From Acidobacteriota bacterium (GTDB lineage Bacteria; Acidobacteriota; Thermoanaerobaculia; UBA5066; Gp7-AA6): a DNA stretch of 58,780 bases. Below are positions 16,406 to 25,215 of the stretch, piece after piece (the stretch's first letter is position 1; each line of letters opens with the position of its first letter). Made by a program: the position numbers and the translations under genes. The DNA is taken from the NCBI GenBank assembly GCA_031360505.1, contig JANMBR010000100.1:1-58780 (forward strand). The letters run 5' to 3'. The notes under the pieces are model-generated. The model was not told where the DNA came from and did no database searches. It worked only from the letters and a program-made list of their open reading frames with translations.

Positions 16406-17766
16406 GGGTCCTCGTCGTCGACGACGAGGAGGTCATCCGCGACGTCCTCGGCACCCTGCTGACGCGAGAAGGCTACGAGGTCACCGCGGCGGCCTCCGCC
16501 GGCGAGGCGGTGACCCTCTTCGAAGCGGAGCCTCACGACGTCGTCCTGCTCGACCTGATGCTTCCCGACCGGCCCGGACTCGACGTGCTCCGCGACATCC
16601 TCCGACGCGACCCTGACGCCGTCGTCGTGATCGTGACCGCGTACTCCTCGATCGAGGGCGCCATCGAGGCCATGCGCCAGGGCGCGTTCCACTACATCCC
16701 CAAGCCCTTCCAGAACGAGGAGGTGCTCCTCACCCTGCGCAAGGGCTCCGAGGCGCGCCGCCTGACCGAGGAGAACCGGCGCCTGCGCGAGGAGCTCTCC
16801 CTGCGCTTCGGCCTCGGGCGCATCGTCGGAAAGTCGGCGGGGATGCGCAAAGTGTTCGAGCTCGTCCGCCTCGCCGGGCCGTCCCGCTCGACGATCCTCG
16901 TGGAAGGCGAGAGCGGCACGGGCAAGGAGCTCGTCGCGCGGGCGATTCACACGCACTCGCCCCGCTCGGGCGCGCCCTTCGTCACTGTCAACTCCGGGTC
17001 GATGCCGGCCGACCTGCTCGAGTCGAACCTCTTCGGGCACATCAAGGGCGCGTTCACCGGCGCGATCGCCAACAAGAAGGGCCTCTTCGAGGCCGCCGAC
17101 GGCGGCTCGATCTTCTTCGACGAGATCGGCACGGTGACCATGGAGACGCAGGCGAAGCTGCTGCGCGTCATCCAGGAAAAAGAGTTCATGCGCGTGGGCT
17201 CGGTCGACACCCAGAAGGTCGACGTCCGCATCATCGCCGCGACCAACGTGGACCTCAAGAAGATGGTCGCCGAGGGCCGGTTCCGCGACGACCTCTACTA
17301 CCGGCTCTGCGTCATCACGATCTCGATCCCGCCGCTGCGGGAACGGCGCGAGGACATCCCGCTGCTCGCCGAGCACTTCATGCGGATCTACGCCTCCGAG
17401 AACGAGAAGCCGATCTCGGGCATCGGCCCGGAGGCGTACCGGGCGCTGCTCGACCACGACTGGCCCGGCAACGTCCGCGAGCTCGAGAATGCCCTCGAGC
17501 GCGCCGTCGTCCTGTGTCCCCGCGGCGGCCAGATTGGCCTCGACCTGCTGCCGGAAACCGTGCTGCAGCCCGACCGGGGAGAGCTTCCGATCCGCCTGCC
17601 GGAAAACGGCGCGACCTACAAGCAGCTCGTCGAGGACTACGAACGGCGCCTGATCCGGACCGCCCTGCGCCGCACGGGCGGGGTTCAGAAGCGAGCGGCG
17701 GAGCTATTGAAGATCAAGCCGACGACGCTGCACGAGATCATCAAGAGGTTGGAGATACGGGACTAA
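16402..17766 (+). CDS. Sigma-54-dependent response regulator (NtrC/AtoC family)
   Basis: REC domain (VLLDLMLPD), AAA+ domain with GESGTGKE, an intact GAFTGA loop (HIKGAFTGA), WPGNVRELEN, and a C-terminal Fis-type HTH. Confidence 0.95.
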   Translation: MRVLVVDDEEVIRDVLGTLLTREGYEVTAAASAGEAVTLFEAEPHDVVLLDLMLPDRPGLDVLRDILRRDPDAVVVIVTAYSSIEGAIEAMRQGAFHYIPKPFQNEEVLLTLRKGSEARRLTEENRRLREELSLRFGLGRIVGKSAGMRKVFELVRLAGPSRSTILVEGESGTGKELVARAIHTHSPRSGAPFVTVNSGSMPADLLESNLFGHIKGAFTGAIANKKGLFEAADGGSIFFDEIGTVTMETQAKLLRVIQEKEFMRVGSVDTQKVDVRIIAATNVDLKKMVAEGRFRDDLYYRLCVITISIPPLRERREDIPLLAEHFMRIYASENEKPISGIGPEAYRALLDHDWPGNVRELENALERAVVLCPRGGQIGLDLLPETVLQPDRGELPIRLPENGATYKQLVEDYERRLIRTALRRTGGVQKRAAELLKIKPTTLHEIIKRLEIRD

Positions 17767-19431
17767 CTAGCTCGGCAGCCGGCGCACCATCACCAGAGTT
17801 CGGTCGTCTGCGTAGGGCTCGCCCTTGACGTACTCCTCGAGCGCCTCGTAGAGCGCCGACTCGATATCGGCCGTCGCGCGGCCGAGCTGGGCGCCGATGA
17901 ACTCCTTCAAGCGCGTCATGCCGAACTCGTTGCCCTCGGGATCGTTCGCCTCGGTCACGCCGTCGGTGTACAGGCACAGCAGGTCGTGCGGCTGGAGCGT
18001 GAGCTTCGAAGAGCCGTAGGGCTTTCCCGGGAACAGAGCGAGCGGCAGGCCGTGGGAGCCGAGCTCCTCGATCGTGCCGTCGGCGCGCAGCAGGAGCCCC
18101 GGGTTGTGCCCCGCGTTCGTGTACTCGATCTCTCCCGTAGCCGGGTCGAGGATCAGCAGGAAGAACGTGATGAAGCGGTCCGGGCCCGTGCGGCGCGAGA
18201 TGGCTTCGGACAGCCGACCCGTCATCAGCGCGACGGGCACGCCCTCGTCCGCCCACGCATGGAACGAGGCCTGCAGCGACGCCATGAGCAGCGCCGGACC
18301 GACTCCCTTTCCGCAGACGTCCGCGATCGTGGCGTAGATTTGTCCGTCGGGGCGCGGCCGGAAGTCGAAGTAGTCGCCCGAGACCTGGCGGGAAGCGACG
18401 TTGGAGCCGTGGAGCTCGTAGCCCGGCAGCGGCGGCGGGTCCTCGGGGAGCAGGCGCTGCTGGATCTCGCGGGCGAGCGCGAACTCGCGGTCCATCTGCC
18501 GCTTCTCGGCGTTCTCCTCCATGAGGCGCGCGTTCTGAATCTTGGCCGCGGCCACGTTGGCGAGCGACGTCAGCAGGCGCAGGTCCGACTCCTCGAAGGA
18601 GCGGTGCCCGACGCGGCAGTCGACGTAGATCAGTCCCACGACCTCTCCATTGTTCTCGAGCGGGGCCGCGAGCACGGACTTGATCCCGGAAAGACGGATC
18701 GAATCGGCCAGCGAAACGCCCGACCCCGCGGTGGTGTCCATGAGGAGCAGGCCGTTGCGCTTCTCGACGACGGCCGCGACGAGCGTCTTGGACAGCCGGA
18801 TGTCTTCGGCCGAGATCCCTTCCGCAACGCGCACGACGGCGGGAGCGAGCTCGCCCGTGACTTTGGACTTGAGCAGCACGAGGCCGCGGTCGGGCTTCAG
18901 CGTCTCGAAGACCTTGTCCATGAGGAACCCGAGCAGCTCGTCGACCGAGATGTCGCGCAGAAGCTCGACCGTCAGCTCGTTGACGACGCGCAGGGAGTCG
19001 ATGAGCTTTCCGAGCTGCTCGGCGGGGAGCCTCGGGTCCGTCTCGGTGGCGTGGGCGCGCAGCAGCTCCGCCGAGGCCTTGAGGATCGTATTGTCGAGCG
19101 GGTCTTCCCCTCCGCCCTCGATGCGCACGCGGGTCGTCGACTCCGACTCGACCTTGAGCGTCACGCCACCGATCGTGATGCGATCGCCCGGCTTCAAGAC
19201 CTGGACGGTCGTCAGCCGCTCGCCGTTGAGAAAAGTCCCGTTGCGCGAGCCGAGGTCCTCGACCGTCAACCCGCCCTCGTCCGCGCGCACGATGCGCGAG
19301 TGCTGGCGCGAGAGCATCTTGTCGGAGATCGGCAGGTCGTTCATGGACGAGCGGCCAATGGTCGTCACGGGACGGTCCAGAGAGACCTTCCGCGCGGCCA
19401 TTCCGGGAGCGGTGACGTAAAGGTAAAACAC
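17767..19431 (-). CDS. FHA - GAF - PP2C/SpoIIE-type serine phosphatase
   Basis: FHA motif ([24 protein letters not shown]...[13 protein letters not shown]), a central GAF-like region, and a SpoIIE motif (GDYFDF...[14 protein letters not shown]...YTDGVTEA). The start may be the ATG at 19401. The stop codon abuts the NtrC-type stop with zero spacer. Confidence 0.9.
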   Translation of the reverse strand: MFYLYVTAPGMAARKVSLDRPVTTIGRSSMNDLPISDKMLSRQHSRIVRADEGGLTVEDLGSRNGTFLNGERLTTVQVLKPGDRITIGGVTLKVESESTTRVRIEGGGEDPLDNTILKASAELLRAHATETDPRLPAEQLGKLIDSLRVVNELTVELLRDISVDELLGFLMDKVFETLKPDRGLVLLKSKVTGELAPAVVRVAEGISAEDIRLSKTLVAAVVEKRNGLLLMDTTAGSGVSLADSIRLSGIKSVLAAPLENNGEVVGLIYVDCRVGHRSFEESDLRLLTSLANVAAAKIQNARLMEENAEKRQMDREFALAREIQQRLLPEDPPPLPGYELHGSNVASRQVSGDYFDFRPRPDGQIYATIADVCGKGVGPALLMASLQASFHAWADEGVPVALMTGRLSEAISRRTGPDRFITFFLLILDPATGEIEYTNAGHNPGLLLRADGTIEELGSHGLPLALFPGKPYGSSKLTLQPHDLLCLYTDGVTEANDPEGNEFGMTRLKEFIGAQLGRATADIESALYEALEEYVKGEPYADDRTLVMVRRLPS

Positions 19432-19556
19432 GATCAGCCTTAGGGTTGGGGATTCTAACCCGCCTGTGGCCGGAGGGCCCGGAACAGGCCGGAAAAGCGG
19501 CCCCGGAAAGCGGGGGCTTGCGCCCGGGCCCCGGAGTCCGTAGAATCCGCCGTCCC

Positions 19557-19775
19557 ATGAAACTGAACCTCCACCCTGAGCTTCACGAGGTCTTGGTCCA
19601 CTGCGCCTGCGGCGAGACCTGGACGACCCGCTCCACGAAAAAGGAGCTGCGCCTCGAGATCTGCAGCAAGTGCCACCCGTTCTTCACGGGCAAGCAAAAG
19701 CTGATGGACTCCGCCGGCCGCGTCGAGCGGTTCCGGAAGCGCTACGAGAAGAAGGCCGCCGGCACCTCGGCCTAG
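19557..19775 (+). CDS. rpmE: 50S ribosomal protein L31
   Basis: Trimmed to the ATG at 19557. [22 protein letters not shown]...[13 protein letters not shown] is canonical L31 (Zn-ribbon form). Confidence 0.95.
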   Translation: MKLNLHPELHEVLVHCACGETWTTRSTKKELRLEICSKCHPFFTGKQKLMDSAGRVERFRKRYEKKAAGTSA

Positions 19776-19885
19776 GGGCAATGCGCCCGCCATCTTCCGT
19801 CTCCTACCCCTGCGCCGCCCTCTAGCGGCGAACGCCCGACGCCCGTCTGGCTGACAGCCGCGAGCTGACAGCCGGGAGTTGCACC

Positions 19886-20965
19886 ATGTTCGAAAAACTG
19901 AAAGACATTCGCCGCAAGTACGAGGAAGTCCGGGCTCGCCTGGCCGATCCGGATTTTGTCCAGGACCACCGCGCCGTGCGCGACGCCCAGAAGACCCTGA
20001 CGGAGCTCGAGCCCATCGTCGTCAAGCTGCACGAGCTGCAGCAGGTGCAGAAGGAGATCGACGGCGCCCGGGAGCTGGTCGAGTCCCTCTCGCCGGGCGA
20101 CGAGCTCTATCAGATGGCGGCCAGCGAACGGGCGTCGCTCACCGAACGCCTGGCCGCCCTCGAGCAGGAGCTCAAGGTCCTGCTGCTGCCCAAGGACCCC
20201 AACGACTCGCGCAACGTGTTCCTCGAGATCCGGGCCGGCACGGGGGGCGACGAGGCCGCGCTCTTTGCGGCCGAGCTCTTCCGGATGTACCAGCGCTACG
20301 CCGAGCGCAAGCGCTGGAAGGTCGAGATCGTCGACCGGGACGACACGGGGATCGGCGGGATCAAGACGATCACGGCCCTCATCGAGGGCGAGGGGGCCTT
20401 CTCGCGCCTGAAATACGACGGCGGCACCCACCGGGTCCAGCGCGTTCCGGCGACCGAATCCGCCGGACGCATTCACACTTCGGCCGCGACCGTGGCGGTC
20501 CTTCCGGAAGCCGACGATGTGGACGTGACGATCGCGGACAAGGACATTCGCGTGGACCGCTTCTGCGCCTCGGGCCCGGGAGGCCAGGGCGTCAACACCA
20601 CGTACTCGGCCGTACGCCTCACGCACCTGCCGACCGGCATCGTCGTCCAGTGCCAGGACGAGCGCAGCCAGATCAAGAACAAGGCGAAAGCCATGCGCGT
20701 CCTGAGGGCCCGAATCCTCGAGATCGAGCAGGCCAAGCAGGAGGGTGCGATCGCGGCCGAGCGCAAGAAGATGGTCGGCTCGGGCGACCGCTCCGAGAAG
20801 ATCCGAACGTACAACTTCCCGCAGTCGCGCATCACCGACCACCGCATCGGCTTCACCACGCACCGCCTTCAGGACGTCCTCGACGGCAACCTCGACGAGC
20901 TCGTCGAGCCGGTCTCGCAGCACTTCCAGGCGGAGAGGCTGAAGGAAGAGCTGGCGAAGGCGTAA
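19886..20965 (+). CDS. prfA: Peptide chain release factor 1
   Basis: 359 aa with the PAT tripeptide (RVPATES) and the GGQ motif (SGPGGQGVNTT). Confidence 0.97.
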   Translation: MFEKLKDIRRKYEEVRARLADPDFVQDHRAVRDAQKTLTELEPIVVKLHELQQVQKEIDGARELVESLSPGDELYQMAASERASLTERLAALEQELKVLLLPKDPNDSRNVFLEIRAGTGGDEAALFAAELFRMYQRYAERKRWKVEIVDRDDTGIGGIKTITALIEGEGAFSRLKYDGGTHRVQRVPATESAGRIHTSAATVAVLPEADDVDVTIADKDIRVDRFCASGPGGQGVNTTYSAVRLTHLPTGIVVQCQDERSQIKNKAKAMRVLRARILEIEQAKQEGAIAAERKKMVGSGDRSEKIRTYNFPQSRITDHRIGFTTHRLQDVLDGNLDELVEPVSQHFQAERLKEELAKA

Positions 20966-20966
20966 C

Positions 20967-21018
20967 GTAGGGGCGGGGCTTGCCCCCGCCCGCGGGCGGC
21001 CGCATGGGCCGCCCCTAC
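20967..21018. repeat. GTAGGGG...CCCCTAC double GC-hairpin element (family copy B) between prfA and prmC
   Basis: GTAGGGGCGGGGC-TT-GCCCCCGCCC, then GGGCGGCC-GCAT-GGGCCGCCC, with outer arms GTAGGGG/CCCCTAC. It begins 2 nt after the prfA stop. Confidence 0.8.
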
Positions 21019-21031
21019 GACACGGAGCATC

Positions 21032-21925
21032 ATGACCACCGGCGAGCTCCTCAAGGACGCGGCGGAAAGGGCGGTCGAGGCGAAATCCGACGCCACCATC
21101 TGGGACGCGCGACTTCTCCTCGCCCACGCCATGGGCGGCATGTCGCCGCTGGCCCTGGATCCTCGCCAGACGCTCGAACCCGGCATCGTGGCTCGCTTCT
21201 CGGGCCTCTGGGACAAGCGCATCACCGGCGTCCCGGTCCAGCACCTGATCGGCGAATGGGACTTCTACGGGCGGCCATTCCGGGTGGACAGCCGGGCACT
21301 CGTTCCCCGTCCGGAGACCGAGATCCTGCTCGAGCAGGCCCTCAAGGAGGCTCCCGACGCGCGGCGGGTCCTCGACGCCGGGACCGGCAGCGGCATCATC
21401 GGGATCACGTACCTGCTCGAGAAGCCGCAAGCGCGGGCGGTGGCGCTGGACATCTCGTTCGATGCTCTGGCACTCGCGCGCGAGAACGCCAGGCAACTCG
21501 GGGTCCTGGACCGAATTTCCTTCGTCGCCTCCGACTGGCTGTCCGCGCTCGCGGCCTCGCCCTTCGACGTCATCCTCTCGAACCCGCCGTATCTCGCGGT
21601 GGGCGAATCGCCGCACCTGCCTCCGACCGTGAGGGACCACGATCCCCGCCGCGCGCTCTTCGCCGGCGAGGACGGTCTCACCGCGATCCGCCAGCTGCTG
21701 GCGACCGCGGCCGCGTACATGGCGAAGGACGGCCTGCTCGTGTTCGAGATCGGCTTCGGCCAGGGGGAGGCCGTCCGCTCCGAGATCCTGAACCGCCCGG
21801 TCTGGCGATTCCTGAAGATCGAGCCCGACCTCGAGGGCATCCCCCGCATCTGCCTCGCGCGGCTGGAGTCCTCGGCGGAGAGAGTCAGTAGAATCCGCAA
21901 GCCGTGGACAAGTTCGTCGTCGTAG
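21032..21925 (+). CDS. prmC: Release-factor glutamine N5-methyltransferase (HemK/PrmC)
   Basis: SAM motif LDAGTGSGIIG and catalytic NPPY (SNPPYL). Conserved position after prfA. Confidence 0.93.
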   Translation: MTTGELLKDAAERAVEAKSDATIWDARLLLAHAMGGMSPLALDPRQTLEPGIVARFSGLWDKRITGVPVQHLIGEWDFYGRPFRVDSRALVPRPETEILLEQALKEAPDARRVLDAGTGSGIIGITYLLEKPQARAVALDISFDALALARENARQLGVLDRISFVASDWLSALAASPFDVILSNPPYLAVGESPHLPPTVRDHDPRRALFAGEDGLTAIRQLLATAAAYMAKDGLLVFEIGFGQGEAVRSEILNRPVWRFLKIEPDLEGIPRICLARLESSAERVSRIRKPWTSSSS

Positions 21926-21938
21926 GCGTCCGGACGAA

Positions 21939-22058
21939 TCAGAACCCCCAGTGCGCCTGAGTTAGGAAGCCGCCGAAGGCGCAGGTCGAGGCCGCGAACG
22001 GTAGCTGATCACCCACCGTCCCTCGGTTTCTGGGCAGGTCGCCGTGCGACTCGCTCAT
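21939..22058 (-). CDS. Candidate small ORF (39 aa) directly downstream of the di-haem protein gene
   Basis: ATG at 22058 with GAGGA 7 nt upstream, 20 nt after the upstream stop. Product: MSESHGDLPRNRGTVGDQLPFAASTCAFGGFLTQAHWGF. Third-position G/C is high. No homology judged. Confidence 0.25.
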   Translation of the reverse strand: MSESHGDLPRNRGTVGDQLPFAASTCAFGGFLTQAHWGF

Positions 22059-22078
22059 GATTCGGTCCTCGGATCCGG

Positions 22079-23479
22079 CTAGAGCGACTTCAGGTATTCG
22101 ACCAACTCGCGCTTCTCTTGCTCCGTGAGCTTCAGCTCCCGGAGGGTGTCGTAGTGGTTGACGACGTCGTCGAGGCTCGCAAAGCGCCCGTCGTGGTAAA
22201 AGCCGCCCTTCTGATGACTCCAGAGCCCGCCGAGCGGCGCGGTGCGGTACATGTGCGTCGGCGACCGGTCGGCCTGGAAGGAGTCGACGCCCATCTCGCT
22301 CGGCGAGTGAAGGTTCTCGCCCGGCTCGGTGAAGAGGGGAGGCACATGGCAAGTGGCGCACTGGCCCTTGACGTTGAAGATCTCTTTCCCGCGTGTCGCC
22401 GCGGCTGTGTTGAAAGAGCCCGCCGGCGGCTTGGGCGCGGGGATGGCGAGCTGATAGAAGTGAAGAGCGGCGAGCTTGGAGGTGACGAGGTCCGGCTTGC
22501 CCCGCGTGTTTCCGGAGCCGCTCTTCGCCGAGACGGGAAACTGCTCCTTGTTGTCGAACCGGGCGTCGAAGAAGGTCCCCGAACCGTGCATCTGGGTCAC
22601 GCCAACATAGGCGTTCCAGTACGGAACGGATCCGAAGCCGGTCCACGTATGGAGATTCACGCCCGCGAGGCCGAAGGCAGGGGGAATGAGGGTGCCCGCC
22701 TGTTTCCCGTCGGGCCGGAAGGCCTTCCCGTCCTTGTCGAGCTCGGCGTCGTAGCGGCCGGGCCCCCAGCTGTTCAGCACCTTCTTCACCGTGGCGACGT
22801 CCACGCCGAGCAGGTCGCTGAAGGGCTTGAGGTTCGGAGCGAGCGAGACGATAACACCGACGTTCAGGTCGCGGGCAGCCCAGCCGTCCAGGCGTTTTCC
22901 GATGCCCGGGGCAAAAGAGTCATCGACCGTCGAGTGGCAGAAAGCGCACTGGATGCCCATGGAGCGAATGGCGCCCTTTTGGTCGAAGTATCCGGTCACC
23001 CCGACGACGGAGTTCAGCTTCAGCAGCGCCAGAGTGATCGCGGGGTCGTCGAGATCGACCTTGCCGTCCTTGAGTTGTTGCTTGAGCGAGTTGGGTAGGG
23101 CATCCGAATCCACCTTGAGGCCCACGGACAGCGCGGTCTTCGGGCTCACTCCACTTCCGACACCTCCGTTCTTCTCTCCGGCAATGGCCTTATGGAGCTC
23201 AAGCGTGTCTCCCCAGAAGGCTTCGCTTCCGAAGGTGTCGAACCGGAAGATCTGGCGCCCCTGCGCCATCATGTCCTGCCCGTTCTTGGCGATGACGCCG
23301 TCGAACGGAGAATCCGTCCGCGGCGCAGGCCCATTGCTCTTCTTCTGGCCTCCTGCAGGTTCAGGCCGCACGGCTTCGGCTGCGGAGCCGACTGGCGCAC
23401 GGACAACGACGATCAGCGTGAGTGCCAGGACTCCCGAGATGGTCATGAATGCAGAGGAAACCTTGACCTTGGTTGACAT
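22079..23479 (-). CDS. Exported di-haem cytochrome c, peroxidase (CCP/MauG)-superfamily-like protein
   Basis: Trimmed to the ATG at 23479 (MSTKVKVSSAFMTISGVLALTLIVV), with GGAGGAGG upstream. Two CxxCH motifs (CAFCH, CATCH) lie about 175 aa apart, after an extra N-terminal region of about 150 aa. Confidence 0.8.
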   Translation of the reverse strand: MSTKVKVSSAFMTISGVLALTLIVVVRAPVGSAAEAVRPEPAGGQKKSNGPAPRTDSPFDGVIAKNGQDMMAQGRQIFRFDTFGSEAFWGDTLELHKAIAGEKNGGVGSGVSPKTALSVGLKVDSDALPNSLKQQLKDGKVDLDDPAITLALLKLNSVVGVTGYFDQKGAIRSMGIQCAFCHSTVDDSFAPGIGKRLDGWAARDLNVGVIVSLAPNLKPFSDLLGVDVATVKKVLNSWGPGRYDAELDKDGKAFRPDGKQAGTLIPPAFGLAGVNLHTWTGFGSVPYWNAYVGVTQMHGSGTFFDARFDNKEQFPVSAKSGSGNTRGKPDLVTSKLAALHFYQLAIPAPKPPAGSFNTAAATRGKEIFNVKGQCATCHVPPLFTEPGENLHSPSEMGVDSFQADRSPTHMYRTAPLGGLWSHQKGGFYHDGRFASLDDVVNHYDTLRELKLTEQEKRELVEYLKSL

Positions 23480-23868
23480 ACGCCTCCTCCGGAGAGGGCT
23501 CCCTGATGAGGGAAGCCAGCCCAAACGCGCGACCCACTCCCTCTACTGAGTCAAGATGGCGGGATCGGTGACAAACTTTCACGGCTTGGATGGTCCACTC
23601 GCCGTTTCTCTTGCGATTCAACCGGCTGGATGGTGACGGCAGGACGCCGTACAGCAATTCGTCATACAGGCCGGGCGGCGGATCCGCGCTCGATGGCACC
23701 GATTCTCGGCCCCCGGCCGGCCGATGCAGGCGGGCCTGGCCAGTTCGATCCTCGTCAGGTCCACCAAGCACTTGTAGCGGTCGCTGCGTGATCAACGTGA
23801 GGGAACGGGGCCGTCGCCTCTGTTCTCTGCCAGTGAACGAATCCGCCCAGCCCGAGAAGCCCGAGGAG

Positions 23869-24609
23869 CTATCGTGAAGGCGGACAATGCCGGACGCGCT
23901 GGTTGTCCGCCGATTCGCTCCTCTTGATTCGGGCGAGGACCGACTCGACCATCCGGTCACAGCGATTCCCCAGAAAGGGGAATGCCTGCTTGATCCCGAC
24001 GCCGGCTCCCAAGAGGAGCTCCTGACGCAGCGCGGAGCGGGCCCGGTGGAGACGTGTCTTGACCGTCTCCTCGCTCAACTCGAGCAACTCCGCCGTCTCG
24101 GCCGTCGAGAGCTCCTCGATGTGTCTCAGCGTGAAGACCGTCCGATATCTCTCCGGGAGCGCTTCGACGGCCGCCTCGACGAGCGCCCGCACTTCCCGGC
24201 CAAACGCTGCTCCCTCGGGGTCCGGGCTGCCGGAGGCCTGTTTCATCTCGCGGCCCTCGGCACCGGGATCCGGCTCGAGCGTCTCGGAGCGTCGGCCTCG
24301 ACGCGCGCGCGCCCATGCCTCATGTAGGGCGATGCGGCTGAGCCAGGTGGAAAACGCCGCGCGTCCGGCGAATTGATCGAGATGCGCGTAGGCTCGTACC
24401 CATGCCTCCTGGGTAACGTCTTCCGCCTCGCTGTCGTTGCGAAGGACCGCGCGCGCGAGCCGGTAGACACGCTGGTTATACCGGCGCATAAGGATCTCGA
24501 AAAGGTCGATTTGCCCTGCACGGACTCTCCGGACGACCTCCTCGTCTGAGAGGGCATCCCGCTCCCCTGGTTTGAGGGCTTCTTGCCTCACGATAACGCT
24601 CGAGGTCAC
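23869..24609 (-). CDS. ECF-type RNA polymerase sigma-70 factor with a C-terminal extension of about 50 aa
   Basis: Region 2 (DVTQEAWVRAYAHLDQF) and region 4 (LSTAETAELLELSEETVKTRLHRAR). The tail ...GIKQAFPFLGNRCDRMVESVLARIKRSE... follows. GTG start. Confidence 0.88.
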   Translation of the reverse strand: MTSSVIVRQEALKPGERDALSDEEVVRRVRAGQIDLFEILMRRYNQRVYRLARAVLRNDSEAEDVTQEAWVRAYAHLDQFAGRAAFSTWLSRIALHEAWARARRGRRSETLEPDPGAEGREMKQASGSPDPEGAAFGREVRALVEAAVEALPERYRTVFTLRHIEELSTAETAELLELSEETVKTRLHRARSALRQELLLGAGVGIKQAFPFLGNRCDRMVESVLARIKRSESADNQRVRHCPPSR

Positions 24610-24720
24610 TTTATCAGAGCGGGATTGAGCCGAAAGGTTTCGCCAAGATTCCCGAAACCGACCCAGGATCGGTAACCGAATTGCGTCCGGCGACTCTAGT
24701 AGGAAGCAGGGAGGAGAACG

Positions 24721-25164
24721 ATGAACGCGGAGAAACGGCTCAACTCGGTCTGGTGGGCGCTTCGTATCGGACTGGGACTGGGGCCCTTCCTCGCCGGACT
24801 CGACAAGTTCTTCAACATCCTGACGGACTGGGGCATGTACCTGAGCCCCACCGCGCTGAAGTTTCTGCCGGTCAGCGGCCCGACGTTCATGCGGATTGTC
24901 GGCGTGGTCGAGATGGTCGTCGGCCTGGCGATCCTCACCCGCTGGACCCGGATTGGCGCCTACGCCGCGATGGTCTGGCTCGTTGCGATCGCCGTCAATC
25001 TCGTGACGACCGGAATGTTTTTCGATCTAGCGGTCCGAGACCTCGAGATCGCGATCGGGGCATATGCCCTGGCCCGGTTGACCGAGTTCCGCGAAGCGGC
25101 TGCGCTGCCGGGCGCCGCCAGTCGTGCCCCCGGAACCGGCCTCCTCCAGGGCACCTCCCGTTGA
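24721..25164 (+). CDS. DoxX-like small integral membrane protein
   Basis: 147 aa with four hydrophobic helices. The motif ALRIGLGLGPFLAGLDKF resembles DoxX-family N-termini. Strong RBS GGGAGGAG. Confidence 0.65.
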   Translation: MNAEKRLNSVWWALRIGLGLGPFLAGLDKFFNILTDWGMYLSPTALKFLPVSGPTFMRIVGVVEMVVGLAILTRWTRIGAYAAMVWLVAIAVNLVTTGMFFDLAVRDLEIAIGAYALARLTEFREAAALPGAASRAPGTGLLQGTSR

Positions 25165-25215
25165 ACAAGACCCGTCCTTTGAGAAAGACTGCAGACTAAC
25201 GAAAGGAGAATTGAG

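Noticed and set aside
19772-21640. 622-aa minus-strand ORF antisense to prfA and prmC
   Set aside because: prfA and prmC are unambiguous (GGQ, PAT, NPPY). The antisense product is low-complexity and Arg/Gly/Asp-rich.
23680-23766. A complete class-II-length tRNA gene
   Set aside because: Only the T-arm, acceptor and CCA part fits. There is no valid D-arm. The only 5-bp stem-loop available as an anticodon arm has loop CCCGGCC (no U33), and the arm spacing is wrong. I kept it only as a possible tRNA 3'-half scar (see findings).
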